Source: Pavona decussata (Eukaryota). Taken from it: 64,000 bases of DNA. Position numbers and translations under genes: made by a program. Shown piece by piece: positions 26,041-40,383 of this stretch. Under the pieces are notes generated by a model. That model was not told where the DNA came from, made no database searches, and saw only the letters and a program-made list of their open reading frames with translations. Location of the stretch: NCBI GenBank assembly GCA_977016875.1, contig CDRNST010000088.1, positions 2,728,001 to 2,792,000 on the forward strand. Reading direction: 5' to 3'. The stretch's first letter is position 1, and every line of letters begins with the position of its first letter.

Positions 26041-28080
26041 GTCAAAAGAGAATTTTCAAACCCGCCTCTTCCAGCGCTTTGTTATACGAAACCTCTGGGA
26101 ATGGGATCCTTAAAACCCTTTTCTGAACTCTCTCCATTTGGCCAGACAAATAGGCTGGCAAATTAGTATGGAAGGCCTGACATGCAAATTCCAGAACGGA
26201 ATGTACGCATGTACAATAAAATAGAATTTGCGACTTACGGTCTATGCCAGCTTGCTTAAGTTGCTTAAGCAAGTAAATTTGTTGGGACGCCTTCATAGTA
26301 ATATTATCTACTTGATTGATCTATTTAAGGTCATTCCTTACAGTAACACCTAATATCTTAGCTGATTTCACAATTTCAAAAGCATTACCATTGGCCTCAA
26401 GGAAAACAGTGTCCGTGTTATTTTTCCTTCAAAAGTCTATTCTGAGTTCCTTACACTTCAGTTTGAATCTATTGTCGTTAGACCATCAACGGACATCATG
26501 TTCTGTGTCTTGGAGCACTGAAGCACCAAATTTGGGGACAATTTCTGAGACCGTCGTATCGTCAGCAAATTTCCACATAGAAGAGAAGGCATTGCTCGAT
26601 GTGAGGTCGTTGATCATAGCCAAAAAGAGCCATGGGCCAATCTGGGTTCCCTGTCGAATTCCAGCCCGGACTGGTTTGAAATCCGAAAAGCAATCATTTT
26701 AGCTTTACACGTTGATATCTGCTTCATAAAACGTCCGCCACGCAGTTGACAAAAGTGGGTTTTACTCCTAGGCTATACAGCTTGGCAATCAATAAATTGT
26801 GGTCTACAAGATCAAAAGCTTTCTTGTAGTCCAGGAGTGCTACTCTAACATGTGCCCCAGTCCCATCAGTGGCTTCAGACCAGTGATCTAGCATGAAGTT
26901 GAGTGCAAATATAATGCTTAAGTGAGGAATAAAACCAAACTGGTTAGGATCCATACACTCAAGCATCAAGGGTTTGAGAGCTCGGTGGATGATATACCCC
27001 TCCGGGACTTTAGACAATGTAGATGTTAAGGATGTGGGTCTCAGGTGTTTGTTAAAGTCTTCAATAGACCCACCCTTGGGAACATCTGCTAGTTTCCATA
27101 TATGTGGGACTTTAGATCCCGATTAGATTGATTTAACACCTCGGTTAAAGCTGGAGCTAGTATACCAGAAAACTCTTTCAGCACCCAGTTTGGCAGGTTG
27201 TCAGGTCCTCCTGCCCTAGACGCACTTATCTTGCTTAGGCGTGCTGCTACAGAATCAACGGTCACTTGAATAGGCTCGTCATCTTCGCATAAGACCATGA
27301 CGTTATTGGATAGTGGATTGTATTCATGCATAACACAGACAGAAGTCTCGTTGATTTTATGAGCGAGGTCTCGGTTAGTGCAGTCCGTGTGTATTCTTAA
27401 AGGGGAAGTGTCATCGTGTTTTTGATCTTTTTATATTAAAAATGGTGAAATAAGACCTTCACTTTGCTACAAAATGATTCTAGAACAACGAGAGGAGAGA
27501 AATCAACTCAATTCCTGACAGGAACAACTTGTACTCTGTTCTAGCGCATTTTGGAAACAAAAATACAAAAACTTGAAAAACATTAGCCTAACATTTTTCA
27601 AGTTTCAATCCATAACAGCCTACTCTGTCTCTACCCGGAGGCACTTATCGACAGTTTTATTGCACTGGGGTGACAATTTATAACAAAACTAGACAATTAT
27701 TTTGTTGTTTCTGTTGTCAGACAGACATTTTTGAGTTTTGAAATGACGTCAAATTTTCATGATACTTCCGCTTTAAGATGGACCTTATGTCTTTCAGTGC
27801 ACTATCACCATTTCCACAGAGCTGTTTAACTTCACGATACCAATCGCGGGGGCGCATGTCCTTTAAGTCATGCACCTTGTTGTCATAATAAATCGCCCCA
27901 CGCCTTTTCCTTTTACGATTTACTTTGTTCCTAGGCAATTTGAATAGGAACGTGTCACCAGATGCAAAGGGTTGCTGTCTTTTCTGAACAAGTTGTTTTA
28001 GATCAGCATTTATCCAGGGTCTGTCTATTTGGTGAACTTTTACAGATCGCAAAGGCATAATTGTGTCAAGACCATAATTT
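26041..28080 (-). mobile_element. L2/CR1-like RT fragment interrupted by a MITE
   Basis: RPWINADLK, AGGPDNLPNWVLK, LLDYKKAFDLVDH, QGTQIGP, KFADD, LEFACQAFH. Confidence 0.88.
27401..27772. mobile_element. TTAA-flanked MITE (Kolobok-type ends)
   Basis: TSD TTAA at 27397-27400 and 27773-27776; TIR AGGGGAAGTGTCAT / AGCGGAAGTATCAT. Removing it restores the LINE reading (RSIL|RIHTDC). Confidence 0.9.
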
Positions 28081-28089
28081 GTTCTCTTT

Positions 28090-28560
28090 TATTACTATCA
28101 TCATCATCATCATTATTATTATTATTATTATTATTATTTAAAGTGACACATCTTTAACAAGTTACACGTATCACAAATTACAAATTACAACGACAAAGTA
28201 CTCTGTTATGGCTACTCATATTACAATATACATTGCTAATTTACACGAGGTGTTACTTACATACATTAGGAAAAACAAAACAAACAAAAAAAGTTAATTG
28301 TATGGGGATGGGGGAGTAGGAACGATTTCTGATCTTATATTAATACAATAAAAAAACTTAGTTTGTAAAGTTAATGAGAAGCATAATCACGTTACTAGTA
28401 TTTTTTCGGTGTTAAATTACCAATTTTCAACTTTGTATTTATAATTGATTCTAGTAATAAATTCGTTTAGTACAAGTAAACTGTTCTTTAGTTTACTTAC
28501 ACACACGTAGAATTTCATGAAGAAGAGGGTGTAATTTAATTTTCTCACTAGCTTCATTTA
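28090..28560 (-). mobile_element. 3' end of an L1/Tx1-like LINE with (TAA)n tail
   Basis: (att)n/(atc)n at 28090-28139, AT-rich UTR and a decayed C-terminal coding stretch (NYTLFFMKFYV). Confidence 0.5.
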
Positions 28561-29764
28561 TGTTGGGTGCCTTAAGGTGGCGAAAAGCGTTTCCTTTGTA
28601 TCTGGTTGTATTTGTATCTGTATCTATATGAACACTCCCTCATATTCGGTTCAACTTTATAATTTCCTTTCAAACGTACCCAGCCCCTCAAGAATTTCCA
28701 GTGACCGTCTCTAGATGACACATTCATTTCCTGTAACAACACAACGACGGTTTAAGTTTGTGTGGAACAGCTTTCTTTTTCATTTGCAACTTGGCCTGTG
28801 TATGATGTCAAGTGAAATATTCATTTTCAGAAGGGCTATCTTTCTTAAATAAATAAATTCCATCTTGATTTTGAAATTCACCCAATAAAAAGAAAATGGA
28901 TGGTATAGTAATTTTTCCATAGCTTATCATAACAAGCTGGCTGTAGAGTATAACTAAATACATTTGCTATGTACAATAAAGTTGTCTTTTTTTACCACTC
29001 AGCTCTCTCAAAATATTAGTAAATAACTAGAGTAGAAAGCAGTAATGATAACACCGAATGACCAGTCAGATTCCACTCTGATAACCAGTAGTAAGCATCA
29101 AATAATGGCCTGCACCTTGTTCTAGCACTGGCTACCCACACATTTTGAGGGAGCTAATGGCTTCAACACATTCCATTTGATCTCACATTGATCACATTCC
29201 ATTTCAGCTAGGAAAAATCAGTACACTGAAAAAACTGTCACTTAGCACTGTTTTTGTTTAGTGGGCAGGAGCGACTGGATGTGTGTTGATGACTTGTAGG
29301 GCCACAGCGAAATTTCTTTCCACTAACTATTGTTGCTCCATCATGTCCAAGCATGTGTTTTGCATCTCGAACCAAACTGGGGTCCTTTTCTGCATCTCCC
29401 TCTACATCTCCTCCTGCATCCCCTTCACCATAGGTGTGAATTACCGCCTGCCGTTTAACCCATTTGTTACGCTCCTCCTGGTCTTCAGCACAGGCAGATT
29501 TGTCAGATATCTCCTTTCTTTTTGCCTTATCTGTTTTCCTTTTGGCCACCAATGTCATTCTCTCTTCCGTGGCTTTCCTTAAAGCCCGGACAACCTCGGG
29601 GAGCACAGGCAGCTTCAAACAGTCATTTAGGTCAACAACCCAATGGCACTTGTCCTCAGTTTTCAAAACACCATGTCATGTTTCCTTGACAAAGACTGCA
29701 GTTTGTGGAGGTTACGTAATGCAACCTGGTAGAATTGAATAACAATAGTAATCATAAGTAATTG

Positions 29765-32700
29765 TTTTTTTTTTACAAAATCACATTACTTACATTACTT
29801 ACAGTACAGGCTATATATATCACTAGACAATACAGTATTCTACCTACAATACAATGCTTACTGGTTACTTACGCTATTGAACAAAACAGGACTCTACTTT
29901 CAATTCAGTACATGGTGCCTTAAACATAACAGTAACTAGATTACTTACAACTGCGGGTTACACGCTACTAAAAACAGGAAAGCAGTGAGAAAAGGACGAA
30001 TTTAAATTAATTTTAAATTTCCCATTTTTAAACTTTCCATTGCAAGATTAGCACTGACTTCAATTCTAGAATATTTGGAGGTTTTTCTAACATTTTCCAT
30101 GAGTAGTAATATTACTGAGTTTGTACAGTAAGGATCTGGAATTTTCGCGTTACTTTTGAGTTTGTATGCGAGGGTGGATCATAGTCTTTAAATAGGTACT
30201 GTAGTTTACATGGAGTAGAATTTACTTTGTGCTTATTATTAAACCATGTTAAGGCTTCTTGAAAGAGTTTTTGGCCTGCAGGGCACTCCAGAAATGCATT
30301 TTCCAAGGAATCAGCTGAATTACAGAAAAAACACTCCTCATTATCTGCTATTTTAAATCGTTTGAGCTCTTTTTTGGTCACTTAAATACCGTGTAACATT
30401 TTAAAGGAGAATTGTCTCAGTTTGTTGTTAGTAGACAGGCGAGGTATATTTTTAAATAATTTTTGCCATTTACATTCTATATCAGGGTATTGTCTACCCC
30501 AAGATTTTATGGCTGTTGGTATAACTTCTGCTTTTTCTTAAAAGAGATGATAATAGTCTTTACATTTCATTTCAGAAAGTTGAATCGATTTGTCCTTAGA
30601 TAAGTCAAATATATCACAATCATCAAGAATAAAGTTCATAGGCCTGGGTGTAGAAGCTGGCTTTGATTTGAGGTTTGGCAATTTAGAGACTCCTAGAGTT
30701 TTAGCTAGCAGGGTTCTTCCCATGAGTGTAAAGTCGCGAGACAACCAGATATTTAATTTAGTTTCCATCTTTTGAATTTTTAGAAAAAAATTCAAATCGT
30801 TATTTTTGTCTCTATCGTTTGAAAGATAGGTTCCTAAAGTCTTAATTGGGTCCGCTGGAACATCTACCTCTAAGGGTTTAGTTTTGTTGTTTTTCAAAGA
30901 GTCTATCCACATAGCCTTTGTCTTTTTGCTGTTTAGCTTTAGACCTGAAATTTCACCAAAGCTCCCCAAAACTGACATACTTTCACCTGATGACATCGTG
31001 TCCTTACATATTAATGTAGTGTTGTCAGCGAACTGGCTTAGCTTAGCTTCAATGGAATTAGGTAGTTCAAGACCTGTTATTTCCGGATTTTGTCGTATAT
31101 TTTGTGCAAGAACTTCTACACTTAGAACGAATAATAGAGGGTTCAGCGGGCATCCTTGCCTTACACCCCTTGATACTCGAAAATAATTAGTCATTTATCC
31201 GCCGTTTATAGCTCTGCTTTCAACATCCGTATAGAGTACTGAAATCCATTTTTGAATGTTCGGGCCAAAATTGAAGAATCTGATGGATAAAAGGCCATTC
31301 TAATGTATCAAAGGCTTTTTCGAATTCTATAAAGAGTAGTATTCCTGGGACTTTGTTTAATTCGGTAAATTCCATAAGGTCATTTAAAAGCCTCACATTT
31401 TGACCGATGTATCGTTCTTTTACGAACCCTGTTTGGTCCGAATGGATCAATTTGGGCATCTTTGTCTCTATTCTTTTTGCAATGGCTCTAGCCAATATTT
31501 TATAGTCGACATTAAGCAATGTTATTAGACGCCAGTTGCTTAAAATCATAAGATTGTTTTCATCTTTTGGTATTAGCGAAATAATTCCTCTTCTCTGAGA
31601 TATAGACAGTTTGCCTGTTTGAAAGGCCTCGTTCAAAGAGTCGAGGAGGTTCCTCCATAGCAATTCGAAGAAGCTTTCATAAAATTCTTTCGTGAAACCA
31701 TCATCACCTGGAGTTTTGTCAGGTTGGAAACCTTTTAAGGCATTCACTAGTTCATCTTTCGTCAGTTCTTACTTAAAGTTCGCTGGCTTCGTCTTGAGCT
31801 AGTTTTGAATTTTGTAAATCAGAGGAGAAGCGGGCAAAGTTGTCGTCAAAATTGTCGTTCTCGTCTTGTGGGATTCTAGCAGTCAGGAAGTTTTTGTAAT
31901 AGTTTTCTATTTCTTCATTTATCATGCTTAAATCCGTGCTTATTTTTCCATCTAATGTTTTAAGCTGGGTTATAATCTTTTTCTCATAATTCCGTTTTTC
32001 CAAGTTAAAAAAGTATTTCGTTGGTTTTTCTGAATCCATCTTATTTTTGATCTGAACATCGCCTCCTTTCCCTTTGTATGATAAATCTCGGACAGTTCTT
32101 TTTTAAGGTTCTCGTACTCCGTTAGAATATCATCGTCTAGATTTTGATTATTACAAATTTCCTTATCTAGCTCTTCTAACTTACGCTGGATGGCTGTTTC
32201 ACGGTTTCTTAAATTGAACTTTTTCTTCTTGGAGAAGACAATTGTCATACTTCTTACTTCCATTTTTCCTAATTCCCAATACAGTTGACGGCTTTCAATT
32301 TCTTTGTATTTCTCTTGAATAGAAGAGTAATTGTTTTTAATTAAATTTATATATCCGTCGTCTTTCAGTAGTGTGTTGTTAAATTTCCATGTACCCGGTC
32401 CACATTTAAATGTTTGATCAATTTCAAGGCTAAGAAAGACAGCTTTATGATCGGGAGCAATTGAGGATCATGTTTCTGTTTTCTTTACCTGGTTGATTAA
32501 TTGTTTTGCAATTATGAAGTAATCTATTCTAGACTTTAATTTTTGACTCTCAGTTTCATAAGTATATGTTTTTGTGTTTGGGTGAAGTGTTCTGTAAACA
32601 TCAACCAAGTTAAGTTCCGCCATCAAACTGACTAAACCATTCCTATAAACTGTTTCTTTCCATGGAAGGCCACCACTTTTATCTAGGTGGCTAAGTGTTG

Positions 32701-33300
32701 TAATCCAATCTCCTACCATAATGACTCTAGAAACACAGGTTTTAGTTCCCAAAAGGTGGGTAATTTTTTGTAGAAACAGAATTTGCAGGCGGTAATCCGC
32801 TGGTGCATAAATATTGGCTAATGATAATTCGTCTGTTGTTAATTTCAAATTAGCAAAAATAGACCGCCCTTCTTCATCACTTTCTATGGTTTCTAAGGGA
32901 AAGCTGTTTGGTTTCACTAATATACATACACCTCTAGAGTGCTCTGAGCCGTGAGAAAATAATATCTGTCCACCCCATTCAGCACGCCAAATAATTTTGT
33001 CTTCTGTCTTTGAGAATGTTTCTTGAAGGCAAAAAATTGAAGCTTTTTGTTTTTTCAGATAACAGAATATAGCTCTTCTTTTTTTCTGCTTTACGAAGGC
33101 CATGCACATTCAGTGACAAAATCTTCAAGTTAGACATTGTTTGTACAAAACAGTAAGAGACGAAATTCAAGCATAAATTGAGCTAAAGGAAATTAGCCCC
33201 CCCCCTCCCCAAAAAAAAAAGGAAACCACACGAACTACAAAATAATTGACACTAAACTAAGGCTAAAAACAAAAGGACACTAACGCTTAAAGTACTCTTC
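29765..33300 (-). mobile_element. L1/Tx1-clade LINE ORF2 (APE + RT), degenerate, inside an intron of transposase A
   Basis: ATG at 33137 (MSNLKILSLNV); LQET..EWGG, SRIDY, EKPTKYFFNLEK, KTPGDDGF, FEKAFD, GVRQGCPL, QFADN, CFFC..LENAFLEC; poly(A) at 29765. Confidence 0.92.
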
Positions 33301-33340
33301 TGGGATTTATCCGCGTTCGTCCGAAAGTGAAAAACACGCT

Positions 33341-33614
33341 TAAATAAATAAAATAAAATAAAATAAAATAAATAGGAATTTCAGTGGAATCCACGGAGTG
33401 GCTCCTCTCTCCACTGTTTCCAGGTCGAATTGGAATTTGGAAATGTTGGTTTTTGTGGAGCGAGGAAAACCAGAGTACCCGGAGAAAAACCCTCGGAGCA
33501 GGGACGAGAACCAACAACAAACTCAACCCACATATGACGCCGAGACCGGGAATCGAACCCGGGCCGCATTGGTGGGAGGCGAGTGCTCCCACCACTGCGC
33601 CATCCCTGCTCCCA
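33341..33614 (-). mobile_element. tRNA-derived SINE with V/Meta-type core
   Basis: A box TGGCGCAGTGG, B box GGTTCGATTCC, core GGGTTTTTCTCCGGGTACTCTGGTTTTCCTC, (TTTTA)n tail. Confidence 0.9.
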
Positions 33615-36600
33615 CAAAATGCTAAACCTCCATTCGTCATAGAAACAAATGAAGCAAAATGTTTAATAATATCAGTTTTGTAACATGATCGACGATCGAG
33701 AGGAAGAGAAAGATAAAGGCTGCGGGCGTAATAAACCAAGCTTTAGCAACATCTGAAGTATAAACTAACCACGTAATCTACTAAGGTCCCCCTCACGTTT
33801 AATTTGAATTGCAGAACTGCCTTCAGGGTCTGTTTTCACATATATAAGTAAATATAAATAAACAGAGAGAGATTCTCTGAATAAAAGCATGTTTTTTTCA
33901 TAGAGTGTCACATGACAACTATAATTGTTTGAGAAATTGACAAGAGATTTTGAACCGATCACACTGAGCGTAGCAATGCAACTTTCAACATCACCTGAAA
34001 CCAAGCACTCTGTGCTGCAGTCCCTACAATTTTGCTGTGCACCACCAGGCTCACGGTGTATGTGGTGAGGTTGGGTGTTCTGTGCCCGAGGGCAACATGA
34101 TTTGAGATTCCTAGGATGTGGATGTGTTTTTATATATATATCACCGAATTTGCCTCAGTGTTGTAATCCTCGTGCGCTCACTGGAAGTGACAGATATTTT
34201 CTCTGCTTTTTGAAACAGCATCACAAATTGCATGTTACTCAATACTGGCCGCACCAATGGAACAATAATTGCACTATTCGAATAAAAACTTGACATGGCA
34301 TGTTTCTTTCTTAGCGAATAATCAGTTGCATTGCAAGTGGTTTCTTTTCTGGCAAACTGGGGATAATTTGATTACTATACTGAACTGGGACCAAAAATCG
34401 GAATGCAACTCAGAGATAACGTGGTGCAAAAAAATGATTCTTCAGTCAGAAGTATGAAATGCTGGAATAGTATGTATATTACCTGCACAAACTCTGGTCC
34501 TTTGCTCTGAGGAGGGGTAGAACAGAAAAATGTGCTTTGCACAAAGTTGGACTGTCCCCGTCCCAGTTCTGGATGGATTACTGATTCTGCATCCTTGGCA
34601 CGTAATTCACACTCTGAGTGGTAGGCCAAATGGTGGAATTCACATTTCAGTACTAACTTGGTGGCATAGGGTTTTCCCTCCCAGGTTATTCCAGTATCCT
34701 CATCAATGCTTTTTCCACAGGAGCAAACTGTTGCTGGATGGGAGTTGCATTCACCTCTCTCCCACTTGTGTTCATCTTTGCAGTGATGTTCCCCTAGGGC
34801 CCTCATATGTGCAGCGTACTTCTGGGGATCCTTGCACTGTTGCAGACAGCAAAAGTGGTTAATATGAGCATTCTGAATAAATGCATCGCCGAGACATCCA
34901 CATGTCTTGCTGTGACACTTGCACAAGCATTTTGCTGACTAAGCATCACGAAATTTTTATTTCAGTCTGTCAACCTGTCCAGAAGAAAAGGTTTTCAGTT
35001 TGCCACATCCTTCAGGTCTGCCCACATGACCACCACACTTGAAGACTCTTTTGGACACAGTCCCATAAATTTTCTCCACTGACTTCTGAGAACCCGAATT
35101 TCTGTCTTGCTACACAACAGCTATGTCGCAGCCCTCATCCTTTGCATGCTGGTAGCAGTCTTCGCCAAGCTCCCCTTCTATCGACTTTGATGTCCCCAGA
35201 CACAACTCCTCCTCTGAATCCCCATGCATGCACTTGTGGCCAAACCACAGAAGACCGCCAGAGAGGTAATTCTTGATTATAAATGAACCGTTCTTGCTGA
35301 AGTGCCCCCGTGTGTGCCACACTCTATCATTTGTCACCACTGCCCATTTCCAACGACCAAGCACTCCATCATTAATTTGTTTCATGTTCGCGTTTTCCTC
35401 CTCACACATTTCATTCAGAATCTCAGAGGTTTCAGGATATATCAGTTTGACAACTTCATAATATCGGTTCTTTGATATTCCATGTATGCGAAGATATCCA
35501 TTCAAAGTTCTTTGAAATTTGGCAACGCCATGTCCAAATACAATGAATGCCATGGCAAGGGCTAGCCCAACAACAGTTCTCCTTGAGGATTCTACTATCG
35601 ACGACCCTTGGAATGTGACATTCCGCAATTGACAACCATTGCAGGCAAATGTGATGCTGATTGTACCCCCCAAAGCCCAGTGTCTCCAATTTACAAGGCA
35701 CCAGCTTTCCTAAAAAAAAAGCATTCTTCAGAACAATAGCAATGTCATGACAAAATAAAAGAAACTTTCTTGAAAACTACAGAAAGTATGGTCACTTCTG
35801 TCTAACTCACTTGCATGTGTTAGAAGCCTTTGTATAATGGGGCATATCACAATGAGAGCTATTGTTATTCAATAACATGCAAATAAGTGGCCCTAAATTC
35901 TGTTGTTGCTCCACATTTCTTATGCAAAAGAAAAGAGATGCTTTGGGGAACAGAAGAAAATTACTTCTTTTAAATTTGGTTTCACAGGTTTTGAAAAATA
36001 CTCCCTCTGCACATGGCTTCCTAACCTGTAACATCACTAAAAAAATCTAACTTGCACAAAGTTTGTTGTCTGATTACATTCGCTTCCTAAAGTCAATCAA
36101 TTTCAAGCTAATTTGCCAATGCTGAGGAAATTGAACCTGAATGAAAGTTCTCTTTCCCCATCTGATTGTGGTCCAATCTCATTTGTGTCCCATACTTTCT
36201 CGCAATTCTTGCTTCCCCACCCCACAAAAATTGATATCCCACCCAGACTGGCAACTGAAGTTCCCGCTCCCGGTTCTAGCTCAAATCCCAAATCCAGCCT
36301 TCACAGTAAGTGAAATCACGAATCCTGCCAAACCTATTGGGACCCTCTTATTTATACATTTGTCACGAAAATGCCAAGGAATGTACCAGGATTAATTTGA
36401 TATGTTTACTTTATCAAAATATGAAGGCATTTCAGGGTGATGCAATACAACCCAAGAAAATAGCCTAAGTCAAGTTTACATTTTCCTGATACCAAAAACA
36501 ATTACCAGAAAAACATTTGTCTACACTGGCGTAAGGGCATCATTATAATGGAGAAACGTCCTCTCAACAAACCAGACTTCACTTAGTTCAATTAACTGCC

Positions 36601-36879
36601 AAAATTGTGCAGGCCGATTACATGGCTCAGGACTAGCGAGATCTTTATGTCATCTATGGACAATAATTTTCAAAAAAGATCCAATGTAAAGAGTTGTACA
36701 CACCATTGCAAGTCGGTGTCGAAGTTTTATTGATGTCCCTGATGGAAGATGTGATTTGTGTAGATTCACAAACAGCAAATTGCCGCTCCACTTCGACTGC
36801 TTTGACTGCTGAAACGTCTTGCTTAGCAATTTTGCGAGATAGGCCTGGCTGTGGCTCAAACTCAGGATCTCTTGCATCC

Positions 36880-36884
<5 letters not shown>

Positions 36885-36915
<31 letters not shown>

Positions 36916-37153
36916 TGTGCATGGCGAGATATTCGGGTTTCCTATAGGTGGTGCCTACTAATACCGGGATATTTTTGCACGGTTTAAAACTATGCGGAGA
37001 AAGCAGAACTTACCAAATGCTTTTGAAATCTCAAAAGAAAATTGGGGGTAACCAGGCATTTTTCAGGGATAATTAAACTTCAATTTAGGAAAAAATCCCT
37101 TACATTGCTTTATATTTTGGCGCTTTTTTGAGATATTATTGCTTAATTATCTC

Positions 37154-37192
<39 letters not shown>

Positions 37193-37273
37193 CCAATAGG
37201 CCTTGCTAAGATGTGCTTTTCTTGCATAGTCATAAACCGCACAAAAATACTTCTGTATTAGTAGGCACCGTCC
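36885..37273. mobile_element. TTAA-flanked MITE
   Basis: Perfect TIR GGACGGTGCCTACTA; TTAA at 36881-36884 and 37274-37277. Confidence 0.95.
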
Positions 37274-38270
37274 TTAATTTCCTGAAAACTCAGATGAATT
37301 ATTCGAACAAAAGTTCATTTTCCGTTTCACCAGCATTTCTTTTACTTTAGCTGTCCTGTGGTATAGCATGAGCTTCAAAGCATCATGATGGTCGTATGAG
37401 TGCGTCTCTACTTCCCAGTTTGTTGGAACTGTGATATCACTTCGGGAACTGACTCCAACTCCTCTTGCACGCGCTCCTTGTCTACCTCGCTCTTGTTGGA
37501 GTCGTTTTGGGCATTATATTCCGATCACATTGTGTCTCTCATCTCACGTGTGTATCAAAAAAGAGTCTGCGCAGTTGGAGTCACACAATAACCATGGCCT
37601 AGCAGCCAAACAACAAAATGGCGCTGGGGTATAGTGGGGATCAAAACAAAGGTCCTTTTAACAACTGTAGCCCCTAGGGAGGGTAAAACTGTTCAAAATG
37701 GCGGAGAGATATGACCCTTCGATCGGCTGAAAGGAAAATTGCGCATTTTTCTACGAGAATCTCAGTACATAGTGATTTCCATTTTTTTCAATTGTGTTTT
37801 TATTCAAAACTACGATAGACATAGAAGTGAAATTTGGCAAATTCCCTCGTCTCAAGGTACTGAACAAACACTTGCTTGCAAACTGAGCTACACCAAATAT
37901 TCATGAAATCCTTGACATCCATCATCTCAATTACAGATTTTGTGAAACCTTTATTACTACTCCTTTAATGTTTTGCAAGCTAGCAATTATGCCCCTTGTT
38001 GTTCTTGATATGTAGCTTTTGAAAAACTTACGGCAACTTTATTACATTTTGTAAAAAATCACAATTTTAGGAGTTTATGTACAGCGGGGGGCACCCCCAC
38101 CATCTTCGTAATTAAAGGTATCAGGGTTGCAGTTCTATCAGAATATGAGATCTGAATAGTCCTTACAGCTACTGAAAAAGTTTGAAAGTGATCACTGTTT
38201 TTCCTCTTGAATTTTGTCATTCAAAACTGCTTTCCAAAATTCACAAAATCGCCCAGTGCTACTACCTTAA

Positions 38271-39290
38271 GAGGGCTGTGGAACCTTGCTGCTATGAGGT
38301 TGCTTATGACATATTATTTAATAGACAACTGATGATATGGAAGTACTTGAGAACAGCTGCAAAATATTTCAAAATAATGAGCAGCCTTACACTCGATCAG
38401 AATACAATACGTCACCTACTACAATGTTGTTTTTAGAAGATGGTACGATAACATCCAAGAAACATATAAAGTCGCAAAGGCAGCTTAAAGGATCATTGGA
38501 GACAGTTCATCTCCAGACACAAAATTGAAGACTTGATACAGCTGATTGGAGACTTTATTGGACTGGTTAGTTACATTTAAATGAATCATAAAGAAGCCAA
38601 AATAGTTCTCTGCACCGCGAATTAGGATGATATTGAGAATTATTTCAGCCTCCAGAGAAGCAGAATTTCTGGTAGGGAAGTTACAGTCGAACAGTATGTG
38701 GAAGGCAATTCAACCTTAGAAAAGGGTTTTCTTATCACGGTCGAAAAACAAGACATCAATTTAAACTCATTCATTGGTTCATACTCGAAAGCAGTAACAC
38801 CAAACTATGTTGCTTTACCCTTGAAAAAGAAGAAAAATGTTCTTGAGAGAAAGCAAGAAAAGAAATGGAGCCCAAATGTAATTTGGTCTATCACTCTGAA
38901 TAAATTTCACACGAAAAAAGGTGAAGAGTAACTCTACAGACAAGTCCAACAAGGCCTTGATTACATAAATGTAAAATCCTCTATTGTCATAACTGGATAT
39001 GCCCAGGCGTTAGTCAGTGCTCTTCGCAAGAACCAAAACAAAGAAGGTTTGATAAGCTTTTTAAAGTTATTTAATAACAAGTTGAGGTGTGAGCATTTCT
39101 TCCATGGAAACTGGAATAAAAAAATACCTTAATGAATGCCTGCACGCTTCTACTGGAAGATCGGGAAATGAAAATTGTATGGCACTCTCTTACGAAAGAT
39201 CACCATGTCTCATGAAAATGAAGATGATCTAAAGGCTCTAACAATGGAGCTCCATCAAATTTTACGTGAAAACTTCAGTAAAACTAGATG
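38271..39290 (+). pseudogene. P-element-like transposase relic, 3' part
   Basis: Rejoining across the TTAA gives NKMFFK|RAVEPC; downstream N*DDIENYFSLQR (~38620) resembles the QDxxENxFS catalytic Glu motif. Confidence 0.7.
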
Positions 39291-40095
39291 TGTGACAACC
39301 TTGTTCCAGTCATCGGCACAAGTAAAGCTGAATTTCACATTTTAAAACAAGAATCAACAACTTTTTGGAAATGAATTTAACTATAAAAGTTAAAATCGTC
39401 TTACCTTTCAAAAACCAGAAATCAGCAAACACGGTAAGACACCAACTTTGTGATCTCAGCCGAAAGATTGATACTGATATCCATGCAGTCTTCACAAGTC
39501 AGAAGATCAAGGGAAAAATCAACCAAAGGGACATAAACCTCTAATTATGAAGCAACAAAATGTTGCTTATTATTTTAAGTTTGGCGTGTGTGATGCAGAC
39601 TATGTTGGCTTCATGAGTCGACACTTACATCAACGTGTGGAGGAACACAAGCGACCAATTATTGGCAATCACGTAAAGGATGAACATGGAAAGGATCCAG
39701 AGACCATTGCAAGCAACTTTAAAATCTTAAAAAAAGTGCTAGAACAAACTCGTCTGCTTGATCTTCAGGATGTTTTTTATTCACGAACTAAAGCTGAAAC
39801 TGAATAAACAATGGACTCGATCCATGCAAAGCTATTTGTTTAATTATTTCACTTTTAAATACCTTTTGTTGTTTGTAGCGTTCCTTTGTTATCATTCACG
39901 CTATTATTTTCTTGTATTGTTTCAATGTAGATATCTTGGAGCTTTTATTTAGTTTCTTAGTAGTCCTTTCATAATTGCATATAAGCACATGCTAATTTTA
40001 CTTCTTACCTTGAACTTGAAAATGACCATTGGATGGTTGAAGCGTCATTCTTTTTGAACGTTAACTTTTAAAGTTAAAAATAAAAATAAAGTAAA
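39290..40095 (+). mobile_element. Penelope-like element 3' fragment (GIY-YIG endonuclease)
   Basis: IVLPFKNQKSA, NVAYYF..CDADYVGFMSRHLHQRVEEH, FKILKKC, LKLNKQ. Confidence 0.85.
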
Positions 40096-40383
40096 ATAAG
40101 CATGTCTTAATCGGCGCCTTCTGCAGTTTCATTGTCAATGTCCACATTCTTGATATCACGTTGAATTTTTCTGTACCGCCCTAGAACCTCTTAAGACAGA
40201 CGAGTGCAGATCTCAATAGTGCAAATGAAATTCAGCTTTTAATCCATGACATGGTTTTGGCATGTTGCTCTCCTTTCTTGATAGTATTCAGCTCTGCCGA
40301 CTCATGAGTCATACGGACCTGTATTGATTTGCCTAGGTGACTGCCAATACAGTTCTAGTCAAAGACCCACATTTCACCCTTGC

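Larger units (their letters stand above)
29238..37515 (-). pseudogene. Spliced transposase of element A (exons about 37515-36650, 35706-34483, 29727-29238)
   Basis: Motifs VTNDRVWHTRG, GTSKSIEG, *QDRNS, CGGHVGR, then KDQSLCR|LHYVTSTN across a GT-AG intron (34482-29728) that holds an L1 and a SINE. Exon 1 is split by a MITE. Confidence 0.7.
22221..38266 (-). mobile_element. Kolobok-type DNA transposon A, expanded to 16 kb by nested insertions
   Basis: TTAA TSD (22217-22220, 38267-38270); 22-bp TIRs AGTAGCAGCACTGGGTAATTTT and GGTAGTAGCACTGGGCGATTTT; transposase relic inside. Confidence 0.85.

Noticed and set aside
33287-33739. Several overlapping ORFs
   Set aside because: Chance frames across a GC-rich SINE.
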